In this document: positions 38,764 to 52,100 of the stretch, one piece after another
Layout of the letters: every line of letters begins with the position of its first letter
How positions within the stretch are numbered: position 1 is the first letter of the stretch
Source: Amoebophrya sp. A120
Lineage: Eukaryota > Protista > Dinoflagellata
Reading direction: 5' to 3'
Length of the DNA: 64,000 nt
Assembly: GCA_905178155.1 (NCBI GenBank)
Contig: CAJINV010000006.1
Location: 4,341,938 to 4,405,937 of the forward strand
The notes under the pieces: generated by a model
The model's database searches: none
What the model saw: only the letters and a program-made list of their open reading frames with translations
Told to the model about the DNA's origin: nothing
Made by a program: the position numbers and the translations under genes

Positions 38764-41700
38764 ATGGAGGTCGCCAAAATGAATACATACACCCACTCGA
38801 CAGCGCAAAAGCGGGCTGCCGCGCGACGATTTTTTGCATTGTCCCGAGCGGCGCAGCTCCTTGTGGCTGCACAGCTGGTGATTTATTCCTGCGATCTGTT
38901 GGGCGTCGGAATGGTTTCCAATCTCTTTATTTCCCCGATCGTCTTCGCCGCTGCCGCAGCATCTTCCTCGTCGAACCAGGCTCGTCCTGCAGGGACAACC
39001 AGTGCGGGTGAACAAGGACTGCACCATGACGTCGTAGGGCAACAAGTTACAACTACACCGGGTAGTCGTCCTGAGCAGGCCGCAGCCGCTGCAGCTTCCG
39101 GCGGTCCACCTCCGTCGGTGCAAGATACGAATTTACACGCGCGCCGGGCCCCCGCGGCTGGACCACCAGGAGTCTTCACGACGGCCGCAGCTAGTCCGAT
39201 AGAGACACATGAAGTGCCTGACCGTCTTATCCTGAGTAAAAACATCCCCACACCAGAGTCAAGATGGGGATTTTGCAACACAAACCTAGAACTTTTGGGG
39301 GTCACGCATCACAAGTTGCAGTCCGTAGTGTAGTGCAGGTTCGCAATGCCAGCTGCATCAGAAATCCATCTGCTCATCCTGTTTACAGCATTACAAATTC
39401 CAAAACACGACTAAAAATGCCTCTCCTGGCGATGCGCATTGCAAATGTTCCTGTCATTGCAAATCTGCATGACAACTCTGGTGTGGGGACGTTTTTACTC
39501 AGGATGCGTCTGTCGGCCGGCGCTCGCGTGCTCGGAGAGCTTTGTTGCAGTTTCTCCGGGATCGGGCGGGGGAAAGGGTTCATGTTTTCGAACAATAAGC
39601 CAGATCGTTTTGACGATCCCCAACTGCAACATCACCAGCAGGCACAAGAACTACATCTTATCCGCCCGAAGCAGGAGGCGCTGCCTCCCTGCTCCTCGCC
39701 GGGAATGTCGTTTCAGTCTGAGGACCCTTGTACCTCCATTTCGGATGAAATCATGGAAGCCGTGTCTCGGTGCAACACGCCGCCGCCGTTGTGTGCGGTG
39801 ATGGGCGGTCCGGGGACGACCCCGACTGGTACTACTACATTGGGGGGTGAGCTACAAGAAGCCCAAGAACTACATCAAGGGGCTGGTGCTGCTCCTTCGG
39901 GTCGTGGTCAACAACAGCACTTAGCAGTGCCAACAAATAACCCAGCAGAAGCAGGTGGAATTACACGAGGACCTGGCGGGGGTGGTCCTAGTGCGATGAA
40001 TGCGGGAGAAGTACTAGGCCACAGCGGAGGAAAACAATCTTTCGTAATTGGAAACAGTGGCGCGGGCACGTGGGATCCCGTGGAAGTTGCAAGCGATAGC
40101 GAGCGGCCGGCGGTGGTCCGCTGCATACGGCCAAATAAAGTGCCACAACAGCAAGAACCATCTACTTCCAGCGGGAAGGAGCCTTTCTCCGTGTCGGAAG
40201 TGAGTTTGGCGATGGGGTATGCAATACAAATTTCCCGTACATCTACAAAATGCATGACAAATTTCGCGAACTTGCAGTGTCCAACTTGTCATGCTAGACT
40301 AGGATTGAAGACAAGTTTTGTAATGCAGTGACAGCATTTGCACATGTACGCGTACGGGAAATTTGCAGTGGATATGGGGCCCCTGCGCCGGCAGATCTAC
40401 GCGGGTGCCATGAACAACAGCACTGTTGTTTCTACAGCCGCGATTGCAAGAACACCAGATGTAGAACAGCCAGGGTCCTCGTCATCGTCTGGCGCAGCAG
40501 CAGCTCCGCATCATGCTGGAAGTGGTGGCCAAGGCGCAGGAGAAGCTCAACATCAGCCGCAGGGGGCAGTAGCTCAAGGAGGTGCAGCTGGTGCGCGGTG
40601 GAACCCCGCGCATCGTGGGGACAAAAATCAAGGATTTTCTCTGCGTGGTCAACAAGCCGGTACAACTTCTATGCAGGTGGGCCACGGCCGCTTGGCATCA
40701 TCATCAGCCGCACAGATGCCATCTGTGCCGAAAGGCCAGAAAGTGGTGAAAAAGCACCTATTCGGGAAGAAACGTGGACCAGCAGCTGCAGCAATTTCTG
40801 CGGCCGGAGCAGCTGCAAATATTCACGTGGTGAACAACAGCGGCAGGACTGCAGTTTCTGGCACTGGTAGTGCGACCGCTAGTTCTTCTGCTGCTGCGTC
40901 TTCTGGCCACCAGGGTCGTAGCAGTACCTCTTCTACCTTCTTCAATTCCACCCCAAATAAAGGTGGACAACATTCTTCGCAACCCGTGCGACGGGGAAAC
41001 CACTGCGATGCTATGGACCGATTGTACCGCAAGTACGGAGTGAAGTTCCGGAAAGACCGTGTGATCGTGTCTAATAAGGCGATACCTCCTCCTCTGAAGA
41101 TGCGGCAGAAACAAGTAGAACAGCTTCGTGGTTGCAACAAGGATGATTCTGCTTTGTTAACAGAACAAACCACCACGACCGGAGGCTCGTTTCTAGTTTT
41201 ACCGAAGTCCTCGGGGCAGCAAGCACTGGAAGATGTCGTTGTGGATTCGCAAGCACAACCCGTAATAGCTGGGCCCCAGCAAGGCCAAGGGAGCACGACC
41301 CCGTCCCCTTTAGATTTGGTTAAGCAGCAGGGCAGCACGTTCACGAGCGGCGCAGGTGAAGAGAACACAAGGATCATCGGTGCCGCGTCATCTGGGCAGC
41401 AGCAGGCGGGTGAACAACAAGCAGGAGGTGTACAACAACTTCACCCGCAGGGCGAGCGGACGTCGACCGGTGGGTGTGGTACTTCTATGCGACACGGTGG
41501 TACGTGCGACACGCCGAAGGCTCCTTCCGATATGTTGGCCGTCAACACGGACGTGGTAGCTGTTGCACCTCCGGGTAGTAGTAATCTTAGTACCCTGGTC
41601 CAGGTAGAACAACACGGGCAACAAGTTCCCCCTGCTTACCAAGAATGCACGACTTCCTTTGGTGGATTTCTGGACGGCCCCGACTGGGATGCGCCCGAAA

Positions 41701-44700
41701 CCAAGGCGGCGCTCGAGAAATTGGAAAAAGATCCGGAGTACCAGTACTACCAGAGATGCCAAAAACAGTACACGAGCAGCATAGAGGCGAAGAACATCGC
41801 CCCGCCGTGGGATTTATCAAATGCAAATATCGATCTGGGTCTGGAAGGTTGCAACTTGTCATGCTAAGTCTGCATCCTGTAAAAATCTGTGTTGCATGCT
41901 TACCAAAAGCTGTCCACTTTTGACCAAGTTGAGAGGGGGTTTCTCATGCGGGACAGCCATGATAGAGATTTCACAGAATCTACCATGCTAGTTCCTGCAT
42001 TCCAGACTTCAGGGATCATGGAATATCCGCATGACAAGTCGCGCAATCTCCCAGACCCAGACATATTTGCATTTGATACGTTTTGCGGTGGGTGTCGGGT
42101 AGTGGCGGGGAAGATCAGCATGCGGGAACAACTATCAAATGCAAAAATGTCTGGGTCTGGAAAGTTGGAACTTGTGATGCTAACTTTGGACTCTAAAAAA
42201 ATCTGTATTGCATGACCAGCAAGAGGAGCCACATTTGTGCTACGCGAGGAGGGCATTTGTCATGCGGAAATGGCATAAGGAAGCTTTCCAAAAATCTGTG
42301 ATGCTGGGTCATGCATTACAAGCATCATGGGTCATGCCAGACAAGCATGACAAGCCTTCCATTCTTCCAGACCCAGACATTTTTACATTTGATAACAACC
42401 ACTGGGGCAGCTGGAAATAAATACGAGTCTTACTCAACCGCGAACCAGTACGGGGCGAGTACGGGCTGTTTTTACGGAGAAAAATTAATCGAATCTGAAA
42501 ATGGGGACTTTGTGATGCGAGAAGATGTTGGTGATGGTGGTGGAAGTACTAATGCCTCTTGGCTGAGAAGCCAAATGCTGGCCGACGACGGGTATCGTGA
42601 CTCGTTAGGTCTGAATAAGCAAATCGGGATGAAAAGTTTGTTATCAAATGCAAAAATGTCTGGGTCTGAAAGAATGCAAGTTTGTCATGCTTGTCCGGCA
42701 TGACTCGCGAATCTGTGTTGCATAGGCACGAAAATTATGCCCTCTTACCTGTCATGCAAAAACGTAGTTAGCCATGCGGAATACGTAAGACATCGGAGCC
42801 AAAAAATTTGTCATGCGTAGCTGCGTATTGCAGTGCGTCTACCATTCACTTTTGGCATTACAAGACCCAGACATATTTCCAATCCATATTTGTGGACCAG
42901 ATCCGTGATGGACGGGCCGAGTGGAATTGCCGGCACCCTCGTCCAGGACCGCCCGCTGATCGTGCCGCCCCCGCAGCGGAAGCGCACCAGTGAGTCGATG
43001 TACGAACCGCGGGTGGATCATTCCCGGGTTCTGAGCGGATATCCCACGAAAAAACTGTAATACAGTTTTAACATTTGTATGTCAATTGAGCAACACAGAT
43101 TTTCCCTGCATGAGAGGAAAAACTTGCAATGCAGAGATCAACATAAGGGAAAACACGTATGAAATGAGGCTTGAAAGCATTTTGTGCATGACAGAGCTTG
43201 CCTGTCTTGCTTGGCCTGCAACACAATGTGTAACTGTAAAATTTTTTTCTTTTGCATAGCGGTGCCAGCTTTTGCAGTACTGGCGCAGCGTCCTCGTGTG
43301 GAGGGGTAGTACAACAAGGAGCAGGCGTATGCAAGAAAAAAACTGTGTAAGTGTAAGTCTGTAATGCAAGGGATGCAACACTGTTACACTTGTCATGCTA
43401 GCCAACCATGAACTCCTTCATTTGTGTTTTCACTTACTAGCTGCGCATGCCAGGCTTTGTCTGTCATACAGAACAGATTTGTCATGCCGTCACCCCAAGA
43501 CACCTACACTAACACAGTTTTTTCCTTGGATAAGGCGGGTGCTGCAATTCATCCCACACGACCAGTCCGCTGTCCGGGATGATGCAGCCTGCTCCGGCGA
43601 GCAGAAGCAATTCGAAAAGATCCTCGCAATTCGGAGAACAATCTTCGCCCTTGCTGCCGCGGTACCCTATTTAAAAACGTCCCCACCCCATAGTTGTACT
43701 GCAATTCTGCATGCTGAAAATGTTTCTCATGCGGAGCCCCAAGATGAGCATTTTATAGTCGTGTTTTGCAATTTGTCATGCTCCAATCAGCATGGTATGC
43801 TAGATCTGTGATGCTCCTGAGCTAGCTCAAACAGCACTACACTACGAATCCAAATTTGTCATGCAAAACAGCCAAAACTTGTGGATTTGTCTAGCCGATT
43901 CCTCATCTTGACTATGGTGTGGGGATGTTTTTACTCAGGATACTCGGCAACCGAACTTTATGGTTCCGCTGGGCGTGCTGGATGGTATTACGCATCAGCA
44001 GGGCGGCTTGGAGACGCCGCGGGGAAACACTAGCGCGGCAACAACGGTCGTGGGGGTGTTTGACTACGAGTCGCTGGCGGAGAGACACGACGGGCAAGGG
44101 AAGCAGGTGTTCTATGGAGTTCTCAAATCGGTTACCTTCTCAACTGTTACATGGATTTGCCATGCAGAACTACTACCTTAAGCCACCAGACGATCAAGCT
44201 ACTTCGCATGACAAATCTCCGAAGGGGTATTAAACAGCCTCTAAATATGTGCCAAACCTGTGATGCGAAAGCAGCAAGCTTGCCCCTTTGCCTGTTGCTG
44301 TTCTTGCATTGCAAATTCGTGTTGTAACTGTTGAGAAGGTAACCGATTTGAGAACGCCATAGGTTCCAACTGGACGGACTTACGATGCCGCCGGCACAGA
44401 TGTCGCCCGACGAGTGCGCTTCGATGGTGTCGGGCACGATGACCCCCCCGCCGCGTCGGCAGGTCAGCGGCCGAGCCTTCACCGAGCCAGACCCATTTTT
44501 GAATCGGTTAGAGCACTTGCTGAGCTCGCCGGGACAGCTGACAACAACGTCCAATCGGGACACCCAGTCCCTAGTTGGCAGCGAGTGCGGGGCAGACGTT
44601 GGGAGTGACGTTGCTCTCTCACAGCAGCAGCAGCTGGGAGCTGGCCCTTCGTCTACTTCCGGGCCCGCACAAGCTCTGTGCGAGCCAGCGGGCGGAAATG

Positions 44701-45609
44701 GTAATGGAAGTGCGAATGCGACAGGTGGTCCACTGCATTACGGCTGCGGTTGCCCGCTGGATACCGAGCCGACCCGTTTCACGCCCCCGCGACCCCGGGA
44801 GGCGAAGCGAAGCAGAGCTTCGAACGCTTCGGTCGATACGACGGATGAAAGCGGCGTAACGGCCTCGCAGGAACTGCGAAGCGGTTCTTTACTAAGTTCG
44901 TCGCAAGACACTGCGTGGACAGCAGCAGGAGCAGGTACGCCAAGTAGTCCGCCGTCGCTCTCTATGCAAAGAAAAAAGTGATGTTACAGTAACACATTGT
45001 CCTGCAAGACCAGCAAGACAGACGACCTCTGTCATGCGCAAAATGCTTGCGGGTCTCGTTTCGTGTGTGTTTTGCTTTATGATCTCTGCATTACAAGTTT
45101 TCTCCGTCATGTGAGGGGTGTGATGCAGAATTCACTACAAATGTGCTGTAACTGTAACACTTTTTTCCTTGGATTCTCTCCAGACAGTTGTCACCCTCGG
45201 ACTCGCAATCATCGTCGAGGGTGGCGGGCTATCAAGTGTAAAAATGTCTGGGTCTGGAAACTTGTGATGCTGGGTGGCGTCTCATGATGAGGCCACAAAT
45301 GCTGGCTCAGCATGACAAGTTTCTGAGCTTCTAGGTGTTGCCTATTCTGCATGACAAACTGCGTTCCTGCATCACAAAAAAATTGAGCTCTTGGGTAACG
45401 TGCATGACAGATTTAAGAGTCATGCCAGACAAGCATGACAAACATGAATTCTTCCAGACCCAGACATTTTTACACTTGATATGGCAGGCGGGGGCTTGAT
45501 GGGACTGTTTTCGGGTTCTCAAGATTCTACGCCGGACACGAGTTTGCAACAACAGAGCTTTGCCGCCATGATGCAGCACGCCGGTATTTTTGGTAGTATT
45601 TGTATTTGA
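38764..45609 (+). CDS. Hypothetical G/A/S/Q-rich protein (~1387 aa) with an N-terminal hydrophobic segment, split by 11 introners
   Basis: Starts MEVAKMNTY...AQLLVAAQLVIYSCDLLGVGMVSNLFISPIVFAAAA. Span 6846 minus 2682 nt = 4164 nt in frame to TGA 45607-45609. The 3' end is uncertain because a canonical intron near 45583 is possible. Confidence 0.7.
40218..40374. mobile_element. Introner family I (single copy in this window, 157 bp)
   Basis: TATGCAATACAAATTTCCCGTAC...GTACGGGAAATTTGCAGTGGATA; DR TGGGG/TGGGG; removal restores LAMG-PLRRQ. Confidence 0.85.
44113..44361. mobile_element. Introner family J (single copy in this window, 249 bp)
   Basis: TIR TATGGAGTTCTCAAATCGGTTACCTTCTCAAC...GTTGAGAAGGTAACCGATTTGAGAACGCCATA; DR TGTTC/GGTTC; removal restores QVF-QLDG. 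Confidence 0.88.
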
Positions 45610-46154
45610 GTTATACTTTCGATTCGTCTACTCTACAGTTCTCTTTTCAATATCGTTCTCATCTAGGATCAGTCCCTGGTAGTTGCTTGTTCTGGTGTGC
45701 TTTCTATATTCATCAATGGATTGTGCGCCGGCTAGAGCTGCTAGTTCTTCGTCTCTAATGAATAACGGGCAAGTAGTTGTACTAGGCCGAGGGTAGTACT
45801 ATGTATACTATAAAAATGTGCAGGCACTAAAAATAAACTTGCGGGAAGGTATAAAAATTGCAAAACAGCATTTACTTTTATCGGCATCATCGGCAAAACA
45901 GGTTACGGCGCATCTTCCGCGACCGGCGCGGGGGCCAATTCTAGCACGGGGGCTACACTCACGTCTGTTATCCACTATAGATCGAGGAAGTTTCTTGATG
46001 ATTGTACCGTCATACACGACAACGTGCGTTAAGTTGTGTACGTAGTAATGACAAACCTGCATGTTGAAATGGGTGTATGATTTGTTTTCGTAGCCTGTAC
46101 TAGCCAGGAGATTAAGCCCCCACCGAGGATCTTCATTCTGATTGAAATTTCCAT

Positions 46155-49100
46155 ATGACCAGCACAACATCTGGTACGTCTTTGTTTTCTTGTGCGGTAC
46201 ACGAATCGAAGAGCTTTTGCATTAAACTCTGCATAACGTCACCAAGCGCAAGCGTAAGCAGCAGGATAATCCAAACCGGCGGTACAACAAAACCTTCTGG
46301 CAACCACCTGGTTCGCCACGCGCACAGCAAAACGCCCCGCGGTCGCGTTGGCATGATTTCCTCCCCCGCTTCTCCGAGCCGGCCGCTCGGCGCACAGCGC
46401 AAATCCAACTCCTGCCCGGACATTGCGGCCATGGGTGGGGCAGCAAGCTCGGAGCAAGAGGACATGCGGCAATTGGGTGGCAACAGCACCTATCAGATGT
46501 AAATATGTCTGGGTCTGGAAGATTGCAAGATTTGCCATGTTAATCTGGTATGACTCTGCACTCTGTATTGCGTGGCCACGAATAGCCTCTCTCGCCTGGT
46601 GCCATGCAAAAACGCAGTTTCTCATGCGGAATGCGCAGCACAGAGGCACGAAAAAACTTGTCATGCTTGGCTCCGCATTACAGTTCACCTCTTGTGTACT
46701 GACTTGCATCACAAGTTTCCAGACCCAGACATATTTGCAATGCATAGCACCAGCGGCCACGCGAGCCAAATGTCTACCGATGGCATGAGCAATGTGGCGG
46801 TCGGGTGTCGCTCGAGCATATCCTGTGCAAAAGTATCGTACTCGTAGTAATGGCAGTCATGCATTACAAATCTCCATCCCAAGGCAAAACAGCATGACAA
46901 ATTGCATTTGTCATGCTGACCGAATTTGTAATGCGATTTGTACTAGTACGATGCTGTTGCAATGCATAGAGCATAGCGGGTGACGATTTAGATGACCAGT
47001 TTGAAATCGCTTCGCAGCAAATTGACGCACAGCTTGCTGTATGCATTGCAAATACGCCTGGGTCTGGTTCTGGAAGGTTGCAACTTGTGATGCTGGCTTT
47101 GGATTCAGAAAAAATCTGTATTGCGTGACCAGCCAAAGCGGTCCAGTTTGTGCTACGTGGAGAGCTACCGTTTCTCATGCGGAATAGGCATTACCATTAT
47201 CAGGAAGCCATCTAATAGTGGTCTGTGATGCTAGGTGATGCATTGTAGGCGTCGCGGGTCATGCAAAAGGTGCATGACATACAAACGCTGCACCCTTCGT
47301 CCAGACCCAGATCGATATTTGCAGTTGATGATATGCAGCGGGAGGTGACCTGGATCATCCTGTCGCCGGTAGTTCGCGTAGTGGAGGTGGTGACCTGGAG
47401 AAACTGCACCAGGGACAAATGCAGGCACCTGGTGCACCTGGAGCTACCGCAGCTGGTTGTTTTGCTTTTGCCGGTGGAGTTCCGCAACAACAGCTTCTCC
47501 CTAGCATCTGCGAAACTTTGAACGAAGATATGGCCTCGGATATTACAGTGAAAAAAGCCCCCACGCCCAAAATTGCAATAGTTTGTGATGCGAAGTTTCC
47601 AAGTGAAAGCTTTTTGTTATGCATGAAAGGAGTACGAATCTTTCTGATCCTGATGCAGAGTCTAGGCGTATATCGCAGCGCCTGCATGACAAGCGCCGCT
47701 CTTGCTGGGATCTTTTGCAATTACAAATTTTTATTTTTGCTATTCACGACTGGGAATCTGTAATGCTGATAGATGCAAGAGGGCGAGTGTTTCCTTTGGA
47801 AAGGTTTGCAATACAAATGCTCCCAAGTTCGGGGGTGGGGGCGTTTTTCATTGTAATATCGGAGCTGGGAGCGAAGACGGCATCTTCCCGGGGAAAGATG
47901 AGAAATAATGACCGCAGCTCTTCAAGCAAGGAAAGTTGCACGGCCGGCGACCGAGTTGTAGCTGGTGGAACCGCGGCAGCCGCTTCTTCTATGGAGGACC
48001 TGCCCCGCGTGCCCAGTAACAATACCATTATCAAATGCAAAGATGTCTGGGTCTCGAAGAGTACAAGACTTCTCATGCGGGTTCAACATGACGCATGAGG
48101 TCTGCAATGCAGGAGCTAGCATGACAGATTCTGTGAGATCTCTACCATGCCTATCCTGCATGAGAAACTCACTCCCAACTTGGTCAAAAGTGGTCAGCTT
48201 TTGGTAGTCATGCAACACAAATTTTTGCATGATCCAGATTTAGCATGTCAAGCTGCATCCTTCCAGACATCCAGGGATACTTGCAGTGCATAACCATGAC
48301 GGACGAACAGTTTTCCGAACTGGGCGGCGCGTTCAGCCGGGCGAGTAGCGGAATTATTCGGCAATCCACGAAGGATAGTACCATTACCAGGGCTATCAAC
48401 TGCAAAAATGTCTGGGTCTGGAAGAATGCAACTTGTGATGCTGCATTTGGATTCCAAAAAGATCTGTATTGCATGAGTACCAAAGGGAATGCAATTTTTG
48501 CCACGCTGAGAAGGCATTTTCCATGCGGAATAGGCATCAAGAAGCCCTCAAAAAGTCTGTTATGCTAGGGCATGCATCACAGACATCGTGGCTCATGCAA
48601 AACGTGCATGACAAGTCTCAGAGTCTTCCAGACCCAGACATATTTGCAATTCATAAGGGCCGCGGCGTTGAGTAGCGCAGGTTCCTCGCCAATGCAGGGG
48701 CCTGTATCAACTACCGCAACAAGCGCGGGAAGATGTGGGCGATCTATCGCGAGAAAAAAGTGTTTACAGTTACACATTTGTTCGAATTTCAGCATCACAA
48801 AGAAGACTTGTAATGCGCAGACCACAACATCTTCAAGGGAAAACCCGCACGAAATGAGGCTGGCAAGCATTTTCTGCATGACAGAGGTTGTCTGTCTTGC
48901 TGGTCTTGCGTCAGAGTGTGTAACTGTAACACTTTTTCCTTGTGATACGATCCTCTGCTGCTCTACTACAACATGCGGGAGGAGTATGGAAGCGTCAAGT
49001 TTGAAATCGACAAAGTTGAAATGATTTGTCATGCATAAATTGCAAGGCATGAAGTGCCTATCTTGCCGGGATGGCAAGCGAGGCCGATTGTGAGCCTGTT

Positions 49101-52100
49101 TAGGGTTTGAAATAGAGCTACTAAACTAGCATGACAAAAGCAGTCTTCTGTGCCCAAACAGCACGGCAAATTGGATTCCGGTGCTCGGAAGATTTGTCAT
49201 GCGCCGCTTGATAAGTGGGCTTCCGACTGGTATCGGTTTTATGCGTGACAAACTATTTCAACTTTGACGATTTCGATCCTGACACATCCATAACGATGTG
49301 GGAATAGTCATAGCCTTTCTCCGCAACTTCGCGCCGCAGTTCAGGCCCACGGTTGTACTAGTTCGCTCCAGCAGCAGGTCGTACTGGGACAACATGATGA
49401 TTTCACTGGAGCAGGAGCTCACGTAGGGCACCACCAGCGTCCTGGTGCTTGTAGTACCGCTGGTCGTCTGGAGGAACAACTTGCGGCGAGCAGGCCATCT
49501 TGCTCGCACACAACAACCACATATGAGAGTGCACAACTCCCCCTCCCCCTCATTTGTGTTGCATGAACAGCAACACAAGCGCGGGCAAAGATGCAGCTTT
49601 TGCATGACAAATTCCTAGGGGACTGTAGTGCTGTTTTGGATTCCGGAATTTGTCATGCAAACAGTGCCACAAGGCAGCGACTGGATTTGGGATTTTGCAT
49701 GACAAAGGAGGGGGAGGGGGAGTTGTGCACCGTGATACCACACCGGCACAGCACCGGGAAGACGAAGAGCAACTCCAGCTTCACTGCCGTGCTTGGGAGT
49801 GGGCGCGCAGCAATAGTGGCGGATCTACTGCTTCCCAAGTGGTGCAACAACGAGTTGCACTATCGGGTGGAAGAGAACAACCGGGTGGGGCGGGTGGGGC
49901 AGCCCAGAGCAGTGCTGCACCTAGAGAAGTCGTAGTACCTGCTGCTCAAGTAGGTGAACAAGAGCGAAATGGAGTAGACGAGGAGGTTGTGGTCCCGGAG
50001 GGGACGGTTCTGAATCTCCAAAATCTTCTATGACAGTGCACAACTCCCCCTCCCCCTCATTTGTCATGCAAAACCCCAAATCCAAGGGCTTTCCTGTGGC
50101 ACTGTTGGCATCACAGATTCCGGAAGCCCAAACAGTACTACACTAAGCGCATGAACTTGTCATGCACATGCACCAGGTGTGGCTGTGTTTGTATTGCTGT
50201 TCATGCAATACAAATGAGGGGGAGGGGGAGTTGTGCACTCTGATATCTTCAACCACGTGGCCCTAATCATGAAGCGGACGACAATGACGACGCTGCCTCT
50301 TCGGGAACGGCCTCGACCAATCTGGACGCGATTGAGGATGGGCAGCAGGACAGATTGAGCGACGCCATGACCAGGCTGAGCTTGTCAAAACGGGGAAGCA
50401 CTTTCGACTCCTTATCGAAAGGAAAAATCCCCCCTCCCCAAATCAAAATGAAATTTCTGATGCTGGATTTGTGTACACAAATCCGCGCTGTCTTGCTGGA
50501 GAGCACTGCAGGCCCATACTAAGTGTGAGTAGAGAGGTTTTGGCCTGGGCACTTAGCATGAAAAACATCCGCGCTGTAGGCCCAACAGCATGACAAACCG
50601 CCTGCACAGTGCGGCGGTTGTCTGTGGAGTTGCCTTCTTGCAAGACAGACACGATTTGCGACCACAAATCAGCATCACAAATTTGCAAAAGTTTTCTTTT
50701 CAGTATGGGGAGGGGGGATTTTTCCTATTGATACTCCTACGGCAGCAACATGTCGGGTTTGATGAGTGATGATGGGAACAGCCCTATCCTATGTAAAAAC
50801 ATCCCCACCCCAGAGTTGTCATGCAGATTTGCAATGACAAGAACATTTGTGATGCGCATCCCTATGATGGGCCTTTCCAGTCGTGTTTTGGAATTTGTAA
50901 TGCTGTAAACAGGATACGTATCTCGATTTGTAATGCGGCTGTCCTTGCTAACCTGCACTACACTACGGGCTGCAACTTGTCATGCGTGGCGTCCAAAACT
51001 CCTGGATCTGTGTTGCAGAGATCCCAACTTAACTATGGCGTGGGGACGTTTTTACTCAGGATAAACCCCGGTGGTTATCTCGGCAGGAACAAGAAGAGGA
51101 GCGAGAAACTGGCCGCCAGGAGAGGTGGCACCACGGGACATGGCGAAGGAGGAGCTGCTATCACCTGCAAAAGTGTCTGGGTCTGGAAAGAATGGGATTT
51201 GTGATGCTACCTGTCGACCACACAAAAATCTGTATTGCAAGAGAGGCAAAGAAAAAACACTCAGATGGTTGCCACCAGGAGAGGGCATTTCTCATGCAGT
51301 TTAGGCATGAGCAAATCTTTGCGAAAGCTGTGATGCTAGAGAGTGCATCAGAGGCATCGGTGGAAGCCATGTACAATTTGCATGACAAACTCCCAATAAA
51401 TCTTCCAGACCCAGACATATTTGCATTTGATAGCTGCGTCGTCGTCCATGGACCAGCGGCAAGAAATTACGGTGGTCACCATGAGTGACGATCAGCTCGC
51501 CGCCGCCGGCAGGGCCGGGCTTCTGGGCAACTTAGAAGGCATCGACCAAGATCGGCCACCGTCTAAGAGCAGCAGCGGTAAAAAGCCGCTTTCCGGTGCA
51601 GGCGGGGGCGCTCGCACCATTACGGATGATACGCTGATGGACACGTATGTGCTGGGCCACGCGAGCAGCCTCGATGGGGGGTCGCAAGACCGAGCGCATG
51701 GTGGGTATATCAAATGCAAAAATGTCTGGGTCTGGAATGTTGCCGGGTTTGTCATGCATACTTTGTATGACCCAGGATGTCTGTAATGCACGACCTACCA
51801 TCACAGACTTTTAGAACCCTTCCTGATGCCTACCCCGCATGACAAATGCCCTCCCCGCGTAGCATAAACTAGACTCCTCTTGCTGGTCATGCAATACAGA
51901 TTTTTTTAGAGTCCAAAGCCAGCATCACAGGCTCCAACCTTCCAGACCCAGACACTTTTGCATTTGATAGGGTCCTCGCAAGACCGGGCGGGTGCTGGGG
52001 CTAACTGTCCGCCCGATCATCGCACCTGCTCCGAGGGAACCCGTTCGGCGCTCGGGGAAGAGGATATGCGGGCGATGCTGGATATGGATGTGTCAGAGTT

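Noticed and set aside
182-45609. Stop-codon reassignment, as reported for one Amoebophrya lineage
   Set aside because: The reconstructed exons contain no in-frame TAA, TAG or TGA; the genes end at TGA or TAA in the standard code.
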